Virus record (IMG/VR): IMGVR_UViG_3300027839_000006
Span: 28,161 to 92,160 of that record
DNA from: a virus
Length of the DNA: 64,000 nucleotides
Direction: 5' to 3' (one strand)
Numbering within the stretch: position 1 is the first letter of the stretch; each line of letters starts with the position of its first letter. Below the pieces are notes generated by a model. It did no database searches. It was not told the DNA's origin and saw only the letters and a program-made list of their open reading frames with translations. A program made the translations under genes and the position numbers. Positions 31,901 through 43,900 of this stretch are shown piece by piece.

Positions 31901-34900
31901 TGAAGGGGCTCTCTGCGCCGTCATTGAGGGTTCAGTCATCTTCTCCAGAGGACTGGCCGAGCTTGGTAGTTCAGCGGTCTCGGCATCAACGGAAAGCGCC
32001 CGATTCGTTCTCAATGCCCGTATGTATATGGGACTCGACAGTCAGTTCTTTGCTGGCCGCCCGTCTTTCCGTGATGAGTATGCACAACGAGACACCTTCC
32101 CGTCCCGTGGGTTGGAATCCCAGATCGCAGGTATTCTTGCAGAGGCCGAAGAAGGCCCCGCCAACCCGATCAACTGGTTCGCCCACACTGCCGAGGTGTG
32201 GAACAACGACCTCAATGCTGATCGGTGGGAAGTCCGAGCCAAAGAGCTACGTGAAGACGTAAACAACCACTACGGACGGCAGCGTCATGGTGGGATGGGC
32301 AAGATTGCTTCGTTCTACACGGACGCTCTTGAGTCCCCGAACTACAAAGAAGACACACGATTGGCCTTTACGGAACGTCAAGTTTCGACGCTCCCGACCA
32401 AGCCGTATCTGTTGTCTGATCCCATCCCCCAGGACGGGATGGCGTTCCCAGAGGGCTATCGGTACATCCTAACGGTCAAGTCGGCTGACCCGAAGAACGG
32501 CAACGCCTCCAAGTGGATCACTGCCCAGGTCATTAGTACCGATGAGATGCCGGTCACAACTGATCCAAATGTTGTTGCCCACTACCTCAACAATGCGATT
32601 TACGATGGCACCGTTTCCAACAACATCGATGCAGAGTTGGACAACGCAGGGTTCTTCAAGACCCTTGGGGCGGGTGCTTCTTATGCAGCCGGTAACAGTC
32701 TTCTCGGGACGAGTACATTAGTATCCAACCTGACCCGTAACCCCATGCTTACCCGGGATGAACGCCAGTTTTTGTGGTGCGGCCCCGGTGATCCACGACA
32801 CCCCGAACACGTTATCGGAGGCTCCAACGATACTGGTAAGGTTGCCCTGCTTTGCGGTGGCTGGGGTTCTGCTTCTGCTGAAAGTTCTGCTGGCAGCCAT
32901 CGAGACTTTACTAATGTCGTTGTTGAGTTCACCCATACAGCAGACTTTGGAGACGCCGGGTGCTCTGGTTGTGAAGATCTGGCCGAGTTCCTTGGCGGAG
33001 ACTTCGCTCTCGACCGGCCTACATGCGGGTTGTTCTTCGGAGGGCACGCATGGGAGACCTTCCAAGTCGGTGCCCAAGCCTACGGGACAGACCTTCCGAT
33101 AGAGGGCTCGCAGCTATTCGTTGGCAGTCAGGTTTACACACTCACCGCCGATGACAACGTAGTACATCCCGACAAACCCTTCGTTGGCACCAATGTCCGT
33201 ATTGCTTCGGGTGGTTTCGACACACTGAAGAACTTGGTTCGAGCAATCAGTACACACTCTGGGGACAGGGTGTGGATGTTCCTCCCTCCCGAGTACCTTC
33301 AGGACCAAACATCACAAGCCATTATTGAGAACGCTCCCGGTCACATTATTCGTCAAGAAGAAGATGTCACCCAACTCCGGTGGGTGGGTGGTCGTCAAAA
33401 CGACCCGGCCAACCCGTGGTTGACGTTTTCGCAACCGGGCGGCGCTTCAGATCTACATGCCACTGTTTGGTGGTATCGCCCAGCCCCCGCAGTGAACACG
33501 GATGTCAATCCGTGGGAGTTTGGCAGTGGCTTGGACGGTAACAAAACCGAGGCCCGACTTTCGGATGCCCTCGGGTTCCTTCAGCGTGGAACCCCCCCGT
33601 TGGGTTCAATGGCCGGTTCCTTTCCCATTAGGGGCACCTATGGCGACACAGAGGCACTGGTCCTCGGGATGCCGAAGGGAGATAGCCCCTATTACAGTGG
33701 CCCCCAGGCAGGAACAGGGCTCCCGAAGATTCACGGCAAACATGCCATCCCGGGCTACCTGGGACGGTGGGCGTGGGACATTGAGAACACCATTGATCCT
33801 ATTGATGTCACAGACCCCACTACCGCAGGCATCGGTCAGATCCTTGCCACTTACGGTGTAGGGGCTCATTCAGAGAACCATTTTTCCAGCCAGTTGGCGA
33901 ACCGTACCAGTTTGGAAATGGCGGGCGTGGCCCCCGATGGGTTTATCAACACGACGCCCCATCCCCACCATCTCCAAGTTGGGGATGAAGTCACTATCTC
34001 GGGCTCATCCCTCCAGCTTCCTTGGCTCGGTGAGCACAAAGCTCTGAATGGTCGCCATCGGGTGATCGCACTCTCCACCGACCAAGATGGGAACACAGAC
34101 CCGTTCAAGTTCCAGATTGATCTGGGGGACGGCACCGGCTCTGTAATCCAAGACCCAATCGACAACTTCTATGAGTTCCACGGTCTCGGGGAAGTCTCTG
34201 TTGGTAAGACCTTCCAAACAACGGATACCCGTTGTGGGTTCGGCGAACAGCAAACTGGCTACGAGTCCTTCCTTGTCTACGCAGTGGAACTGGATCGTCA
34301 CGACACCGCAGCCCTTCTGAAGAAGAAAACAGTACGGGACTTCATCGGAGTCGGGGACATTATCACTGGCCGCTCATTGAGCATCGCCGGGGATGAGACC
34401 TATCCGTTCGTTCCTGTTGAGGGGCAGCGTAACGATCCTTCGTTCCACGGCCTTGTCTTTGATCCTCTCGCTCCGTTGTCTCTGAAGACCGGGGCTGTGG
34501 ATGAACAAGGCGCTCCGGTAACCGTAGACAAGATCGGTAGCTCGGCCTTTACGTTCCTTGTCCATCGGACGATGAACACGGACCGGGCAGCATGGCCGAG
34601 TTCGGAGCAAGCCCAACTTGCATCGGCGCTCCCCAGTCACCTCCGAATGTCGGAAGTGCAGCCGTATGACTTCGGGTTCAGCACCCCAGACCGGGCGTTC
34701 CCGGTTGGTGAATCCTTCAGCATTTCGATCATCGCTAATGCGAACGCCATCACGTCTTCGGGGACTTTCAAGAGCCTGTATTCCGCTTTGTACGGGATAC
34801 ATGGAAAGGGATACACAGGTACTTCGGCCACCCCCGGTCTCGATGGCGGCTCTGTTACGTCATGGCCTGGAGAGTCTTCGATTCCCAACGCCATCTTCAT

Positions 34901-37900
34901 GGCTGGCGGTCGGATCAACCTTCTGTCCAACCTCAACCCAACGGCCCCCGCAGGGTTGGTGTTCTCATCACCGACGCCCGGGGTCTCCGACGTAAACGCA
35001 GAAGAGCGTTATGCCACGACCTACATTGAACACGGGGTCTTTGTCTCTACGTTCAATGCCCATCATCCTTCTCCGCACTCGTCCTACAAGCTGCCTACTA
35101 TTGGTGTTGGCGCTCCCCTCGATTCTGCTGGGCTCCATTCAGCGTTCTCCACTCTTCGGGGCAACACGGAAGCCCAGTTCAAGGGGGGATCTTCAATCGG
35201 TGGGGTGGGTGGTCTTCGGATCTCCGGTGACGCCACCATATGGCTGAAGAATGTTCGGGGGATGGGCGGTAAGAACGCTTACGTCCGACGCTCTCCCACT
35301 ATCTATTACACAAAGTCCCCCTCGGGTGCTCCTGCCCTCGGCAACACCACTACCGGTCCCATCACGTCCTTCGGTCGTGATGCTGTCTCGGGGCACACCC
35401 CCAGTGGGTTCTCTGCTTCCAAGCGGACAACTGTAAATAGTGATGGAGCAACGCTCCATCTCCAAGAAGCGACGATTGAGATCGGCCTTACCAGGGCTGA
35501 TCTTGCTTCATTCCGATACGCCACAGGCAACCCCGAGTTCCCTGCGTTGCGAGACGATGTTCACGAACCCTTACAGGACCAAGACAGCGACGGTTATTGG
35601 GATGACCAAGGCGAGGGCGAGCGTATGCTCCACTACGCCAACGCCGTCGATTCCGTAGACCTCCCTGTTCCAGCCCGGTTCTTGACTGGCAGCTATCTCA
35701 CGCTATCCCCCACCCAACCCCCTGGTTGGGATGAGGCAGGAAGTCCGAATACCCGGTCAAGCAGCAAGGTGCTTACGGATCTTCGACTTGACGAACAAGG
35801 TAACCCCACCCTCACCAACCCCAATGACGGGTCTTGGAGGATTACGGGCGTACCGATGATCACGGCGAGCTTCCGTACCTCTGGAAGTATCGACGGGTAC
35901 GGTGCCTCGGTTTATCAGACTTTCCCCGCAGGGGATGGGATGAGCAGTGGTCCCGTTGTGGACACTACCTCTCCTGACGAGATCGTCCAGGGCACTGGTT
36001 TCCAGGGCATGTCTGCCTCGGCCTCCGAGTCTTCCATTGTGGCGGTTCTCCAAGTTCGGGTGGAGCGGTATTCCCTCATCTCGTCTAATCCCGCATTGGA
36101 CGAGGGCAGCCTTTTCCATCACCAGTTCGTCCCAGAAAATGCAAACCCAGGCGAGTTCCGTGACGGGGAAGGCATCGCACTGGACTCTGTGTTGTCCCAC
36201 ACTTGGTCTATCTCCGCCGACCCGGGAGGGGACTCCCCCATCCTCGTTGCAGAGGTAATCGATCCAGGCGGTTCACCCACGGGTGCCCCGGCCTCTTTGC
36301 ATGGCCTGACCTTCAACCCGAAGGTGTTGGCTTCTGGAGCCAACACGGTTCCTATGCGCTTGGTCCCGGTGTTCTCCCGCACCCCGCAGACTGATTCGAT
36401 AGCAGGAATGGATACCCGTCTAATGGGCATCCATTCTAATCAAACGCATCGTGGCGAAACTCGCAGCTTTGCGATGTTCACGGTCAAGGGTGTTGGCCGG
36501 TCTCCGGTTATCTGGGATACCGCACAAGAAACCTATTTGCGTGCGACGATCTTCTCTTCCCAGAGGGCAGACCGTCTGGATGATCTGATCAGTAGTCAGA
36601 CGACCCAGGGTGTCTTCGAGAGAGACCAGACTGGTCGAGTGAGCTTCGTTGGACACCCAGCCCGATTGGGCTTGGGCGTAGTCCTTGATGGAGGGCTCGG
36701 CCTTGTTTCAGCCCGAGCGTTCCGAGCGCAACCCAGGTCTCCAGTAACAGACACGGTTGGTTCGTTGACGGTATTCGGCCATAACGCCGCCTACCCGATG
36801 CTGAATCTGCTGAAGCCCCGGCAACACGTTGGAGTGGAGCTACCCTCTACCTTCAACACAGTTGAGTTCTACGAAGACACTGTAATCGTTGGGCCTCTTG
36901 GATCGTTGATCTTTGATGATGGTCGAGCGGTTCACGGCTTACCGGCGATGGACATCGCCGGTCGATATGCTTCGGCGTCATTCAAGTCGTCTCCACACCG
37001 TTTGGGTATTGGTGTCACCAAGGGGTACGCCGCTGCGGGCGCTCCTGGCGACAACTGGAGCATTGGAGACCTAATCACTCGGAGCGATACGCTGTTCCCG
37101 TTCACGGTAGCAGGTATCAAGTTCCATTCCCCAGGCGGGCTCGTTTACGAGCGTGCCTATCGCAGTATTGATGCGAGGACCGGTCCCAAGTCGATGTTCC
37201 TTGGGAAGAAAGCCCAGGCGGGTATCCGTGGGCTGGAGATTCCGTGGACTGGAGAATGTCTCTTGTTGCCGAAGGGGCCGCCGACGATTCACGGTAAAGG
37301 CCATGCCAACTGGCGCTGGACAAATGACAGCAGTGGTTGGGACTACTTTGACTTTGGAGAGGCGAACCGGGCCACGGGGCACACCCCCTTGGATACACCT
37401 CTTTACGAGTTCCACGGAGGCTATGGGCGAGGACATCTCGAACCCCACTTCCCCGTGCTTCCCGGGCCTATCTTCGACACGATGACCACATCGGGGGTCC
37501 AGACCAACCTTATCTCCCCAGACTCTTCCGCTGGGGTGTCACAGCACCGTGGACACCCAGGCAACGTCTACATGGGCTATCGCCACAGTTTGAGTCGAGA
37601 TGATGGCGACATCTTCAAGACTTGGAATCACTGGAATAGCAGCGCAGAATCTTTCACCAAGGTTGCTCGCCAACAGATGCGGGTTCTGGATGGGATGGTT
37701 TTGGAGGACGTGACTAACGGCACATTCTTCACTATCGGCGACATTGGCCGGATGGATGAGATGGTCAAGGGCACGATTGAGCTTGTGACCGACTTTGGGA
37801 GCGCCAACGTCGATTCGTGGGATAGTAAGACCATCATCATTGTCGTTCAAGATTGGGATGACTACGTTGAAGAAGAAGATGGAGACGATGGTTCTGGGGA

Positions 37901-40900
37901 CGATCTAATCACGTTCGTCATCTACTTCGTGGATGTCATCTCTGACCCAGAGACTCAAGTTCAGATCTCTGACGCAACGGACCCGGCAGAGAAGGCCAAA
38001 GAAACCGTCGATAACCTGCTTCAGTTTATGGCATCTAATGACTGGTTCCGTGCTAACAACGTCGGTTGTGTCTTGGATCAAACTGGTTGGGACGAGAAGA
38101 CGGTCCTCCGCTTCAGTGGTCCGGTTTCAGCAAGGCATGAGGCTACTTTCATTACCGGTAGCAGCGTTAGCCCAGTATCGGGGCAGGCTCCTTTCTCTCT
38201 CGTACCAAACAGCTTTAGTAACTACCGTTGGCACAGGGGAACTGGTAAGCCGGGGGAGACTTTAGAGCTTGGTCAGTGGGGCGGCGAGCGTACTGTGAAG
38301 CGGTCTTCCACAGGCGGTTCAGTAACAGCAGGTGGCGGCCAGCCCGGTACTACGGTGTTCCATTTCCTCCAGAACGGCCCCGAACAGGACATTAGTGGTG
38401 GGAGCAACATTATTGCTCCCGGGGAGAAGATCACCTTTGGTGTGTCTCCTGGGCCACCCGATTATCAACAGAACTCCACAAGGATTGGAGCATACTCCTA
38501 CGCATCGCAGCTTGAGATTGATGTTAGTGACTCCACCCTGACGGGTGTCACCATCGCTTTCAGCACCACCGACCCGAGCGTGGACCCCACACTTTGGGCG
38601 AGCGGCGCAGGGCACTGGCAAAGTAATGAGTTCAACCCTGGAACTTCTGGGGCCAAGGTACTCGTTGAGATCATCGGGGATGGGGACTCTTCTGGGGCCG
38701 CTGCGACTCCACAGCCGTTGTGGTACTACGGGGTCACGTCCAGCGGGGACATCCTCGCAGGCGGGTCCGTCACCGTAACTGGGGGAACCTCGGCCAATGA
38801 GGTGGCTCTGTCGGTCCACCCGGGCAGCGGGTATCCTTTCCTCGACGTTGACGGGGCCGGTATTGTAAACGTCGGTATCGTCACTACTTATTCGATCCCC
38901 AGTAGCTACACCACCGACTACAACCTCCTTTATGAGTCGGTGGCTAAGACAGGGTTCCTCAACGTAATGGCACTTACCGCTGTTGCAGACACGCCTGGAC
39001 CCTTCCAGTTCCAGATCGTCAACGGGGACAATAAAGCGACCTTCATCAACTTGGTCCAGGCGTGGAATAACGCCCCCTGGCACGAAGTATTTGACTTCGC
39101 CAACTGCCCAGGATTGAACTACGCCCCCATCGCCCGTCTTATCGGGCAAATCGAGCGGTATTCTGAAACCAGCAGCCAGACTTATTCTGGGCAGATTCCT
39201 GCTTATCCTTGGATCTGGGCTGTCGAGTTTATGACACGAGAGATCGGCCCCGATACATCCAATGGGGCCTTCTTTATGAAGAAGTCCAGTGGGGTTGATG
39301 GTAACGGTGATCCGATTTGGGACTACCTGATGACTTTGGGTGAGGGAAGTTCCACCGAAGTCTTTATCAATGGGGGTATGGGACTCGACATCTCCAAAAT
39401 AGAGGCAGCGGCAGAGGTCTATGGCGGTACCGACCCTAACGGTGATGTAATCCCCGTTAGACCGTGGGACGCAGGCCCCTTCTGGGAGGGGTGGGAGATT
39501 GATGGCCTCATTATCGAACTGATCCCCTTCGTCAATGGTTACACCCCCGAGTTGATCTTCGATCTCAATGGGCACTATGACCCGACCAAAGACCTCTTTA
39601 GTACGCAGGAAGCCGGTTACGGCGACCGGGTTGACGGTGGGATGGTCCGGCGTAATCTGGCAGGACACCTGTATCGGGTCGTTCCAAACGTAGAGTTCGT
39701 GCCTGTGCTTGGTAAGCGTGGCGTGGACGGCGGCCTACTTCCCCCGTTGGCTAACCCCCATGATCCACAAAGCGTAATCCCCAGCGCAGATGCCGTCTTC
39801 TATTCTGCTGGCTACAACTTCCGTGGAGCTTCTTCACACGGGGTCGGGGACATTGGACGATCTCTCTACATCTGCGGGACACACAACTATGTCTACACTG
39901 GTTGGTGGACCATCATCGACGTGGTGGAAAACTACCCCCTTTCAGTATTTGATGACTTCACTCTTGGCCGCCCCGAGAATGGTGACCATTCTCTCCGTAC
40001 CGTAGCGGTTCTTCGTAAATCGAATCGAGGGAACGGAACACGAAACCCGGCAGATAATGGGTTGAACCAAGGGGATGGGGCGCTGCCGTTGCAGTATCGA
40101 CCACCCCGAGTCCGTATGGGGATGAATCACCAAACCAATGGCTTCCCGCAGGGCGATAAGAGGGGAGCGACCCATTACGGCTTTTTCTCCCAGGGGTCCG
40201 TAACAGGAAAGCGGCCCGAATATAGCGACTTGTGGTTGACAGTCACTTTGTCCAAGGGAGGCCCAACCGAAGCGTTACATCGACAACAGTGGCGTGTCCT
40301 CACAGACGATATGTGGGACGGGATCGTCTACGACATCGACTCTGATGGAGTCATCTTCCCCCTCGCCGCGAACCCAAGTCTCCAGGTAACGGATGCTGTT
40401 AGCTTGGCGACGTACTGCAATCAAGACGTTCGTACCAACGGAAAGGCTGTCAAGTTCCCTGCCGGTCACACCCTAAGCAAGCCCTGGATCAGATGGCAGA
40501 CCGACCACAATGTCTCTTCCGTGTACGGAACAGCCGTGGTTGTCAGCTACAACACGAACGAACTGAAAACCTCTCCCCACGCCTCTGAATGGTTGTGCGG
40601 GCCGGGTGGTCGGTTGCAGATCAACTTCTTCTCCAACGCCTCTGTGGGATTTCAAGGCGGCGATCCGAGCGCAGGTGCCCAATACACTATGGGTGTTGGG
40701 TTCTTGTCCTTCACGGGCCACAACAGCGAGCTTGACGCCACAACGGGAGACCGAAACAATCACCTCTGGGCTCATCCTGTAAAGCTGTACGGGAGCCAAC
40801 CCAGTGACGGCATCCTTGAAGTTGACGCTGGTATGCACGTCAACTCCGCAGCAGGCGGGTTGCGATGGGTGTTCTCGGCCCCTCTCGTTGAAGAAAACAT

Positions 40901-43900
40901 TGGATCGTATCTGCATCTTACGAAGCCGTCCGTGTATCGCTTCTCGAAGAAGCTGGCTTCGCAGAAGAATGCCGATGTCTCTTACGAAGAGGACTTCCAT
41001 TGGACCAGTGGATATCCCCGAGAGGGCGATACTTACTGGAACTCTACGGACATCTTCCGAGTCAACCGCTGCCCGAACACCATGAACATGATGGTGGGTG
41101 GTGACTGTGAGACTTACTCACCGGAGATCATCCGAGTGTACCCCTCTGCCGAAACGGAAATCGTTGACGAAGGGGCTACGGATAGCGGTCAAGGCCGGAT
41201 GATCATGTACTCGCCGCTTGGCGTGTGGGGTAACTGGCCGGATAGTGCGACAGGATCGTTGCCCGCATCTGGTTCTGTCAATGAGCCTGTGATCTACGCT
41301 CTTCAGCCCATCGCCCGGGAACGCATCGTCTCTATCAAGGCGTCTGCTGGCAGTTCCAATGTGGTTCGGGGTGCGGGTTATGATCCGATCCAGGGGTCAA
41401 TGAACGACTCGGGGTTGACCAACGACCGATTGGGTCGAGGCCCCCTCTCCGGTGTTCACGTTCAAGAGCATATGGTCGGCGATGTGAGCAGTTCGCATGT
41501 CAGCCCCACTGGGATCATCATGTCCTCCCCGTGGTTGCTGTTATCTCGGGCAGATGCTCAACGAGCAGTGCCGCAAGCTGACGGCCCTTATTCGATAGCA
41601 GAGGCGGCGGAGGATCTTGGGCAAGCTGGGAACAACATTGGATCGAACTTCTTTGGGGACACAGCCAACTGGCTGCTGAACAGCCACGATCCAATCTGGG
41701 TGGACCCCGAGCACGGTGAATGGACTGGTGATCCACAAATCTCCAATGAAGCCCAAGATTCTTACTTCGGACTCGGACAGGTTCCTTCTTACTTCTACTC
41801 TCTCTATGCGTGGGCACCTGCGGGGCAGTGGTGGGAGACTTTGATTCCCAACCTCTCCGAGACGCAGGGTCAGTACAACGCAAGCTGTACGCCGCCGACT
41901 ATGCGCTTTGATCTAACAGAGGCTTACACCCAGGCCATGCAACCCGGTGGCGGAACCAACTCGCCTTACCCGAACCACGCCCCAAAGGGCGCTCGCCTAA
42001 ACCGAATCTGGGTCAACTTCGGCGTGTGGGGTAACGAACCCCAAGGTCGGCATACACAGCTTGGTCTTCCCGGGTACAAACAGAGTGATAACACGACAGC
42101 GCCCAACGAGGTTCTTAGCGAATACCACATGGCGTTCAACTTGGTCTGTGAGCTTCCTGGTTCACAGGCTCGACTGAAGCCCCGTGACCACACCTATGTC
42201 CAACTCAAGTGGGACACCTCCGCTCAAGGGGCCTATTACACTGACACTTATTGGTACGGGACTACGATTACGATCCGACACTCCGATACGATGGGCAACA
42301 TACAGTCCCTCGTTTTTGAAGCTGTGGAGCAGGCTGACCTTACGGCACTGGACGGTGGGGGAGACCCACTGTACGAAACGTCCGACCATAACCTTGGTAG
42401 TATTGGCCCATCACAGACACTTGGGAAGTATGTGGTCCCCCTTGACGCACCGGGTGTTGTCCCAAGCGTAAATCATGTGATCGCTGCTCGGAGGCTGGCG
42501 GCTGAAATCAACCGGGTGTCCACAATCGCCAGCGATCCCAACCACAACGACTATGACCCAAACCTCTCATCGTTCAACCTGACGGCTTACGCCGTGGGTA
42601 CCCGGGTTCGGATTGAGGCCAATGTCCCGGGAGACTCTGGGTTCGAGATTCGGTCCCATCATTCTTACTACTATATCGTTGGGATGACGACGAGCCTCTA
42701 CCAGCCGCCTCGTATGGTTCTGGAAGCTGGAAGCGTAGTTGACAACACGCCTACGGCGTTCCGCACTTTCCGAGGGGGCGCACCCACAGAGCTTCATACT
42801 GGAACGTGCAGCTTCCCCTTTGGGGACCGAGCACCCAACGCTTTGGCAACCTACAACGCTTCCCAGCTACACCATACGGACCAAGGCTCTCGGGCTCCCG
42901 GTGGCACGGTGGTCATTCCCCTGTACTGCAACCGTGAGGCAGGAGACCTAATGCCTAACGTCATGGAGCGGTATGTAGACGTTGGCCCGTATTCCGAGAT
43001 TGGCTACGGCCAGTTGACTCCCGATTGGGCGTTGGGCAGCTATGAGTTTGGTTTCGGGGCGGGTGAATCTGAATGGCCGTGGAAGAGGACCACGATGCCA
43101 ATCGAGAAAGCGGTGCTCCAGGGGGGGATGCTGACAGTGATCAAGATGCTCCCTTGGTATCTTGGCGGGCATATGTGGAACCTCTCGCTGAATGACGCCA
43201 GCTTTTCCATGTATATGGGGAACGCCCATACGCCGGTTGTGTGGGGTGGTATCGACTTCGACACTGCCAACTCCAACCCAGGTGGGTTCCAAGGTGAGCA
43301 AACCGAACGAGGACAGTTCACGGCTCCATTCCTCAAGCCGGAATACAGCATCGCTTTGGCGTCTTTGTTCCCACGCTTGTCCCGAGTCGGTGGTGGTGTC
43401 CGAGACACCTTCACGTCAGGATTGGTAGCAAATGGTGACATTTTCCGCCGCTCTGCTAATGGCACCACAGGGAACGGGCCAGCTTCTTTGAGTGCTGCTG
43501 CCATGACAGGGATTGTTGTGGCTCACAACGCCACCAGTCCTCGCCCACCGCTCCGTACCGATGGCGGCCTTATGTTCGGCGCAGAGACATCACCCTCCTA
43601 TCCCAATGACCAGGATGAGTCTTATGGATATACATCCAGCGGGCAAAGCGGTACGAGTAAGTTCTCTGCAAGGTCACCGGGAACTTGTCCTCATGCGTTT
43701 ACGATTGCTCTTACTCCGGTCGGGGATCGCTTTGATCCACCAAGAGGCGAAGATGGGCATCGAGTCTCTGTGTCACCTCATGGGATTCATGCGGCCAAAG
43801 ATCCGGTTTCCGGTCATCTCGTACCCCGGCCCTACTCATGGGATGGGGACCAGCGGCTTCCGTTCCACGGTAGGACTTTGCAGCCCTACACCGACCGACC

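Noticed and set aside
18036-39668. Long antisense ORFs (18036-19211, 31206-31898, 38319-39668; also 45332-46123, 47798-48604, 54659-55477, 62640-63401)
   Set aside because: They lie opposite well-supported genes, have no recognisable motifs and are expected shadows of GC-biased codon usage.
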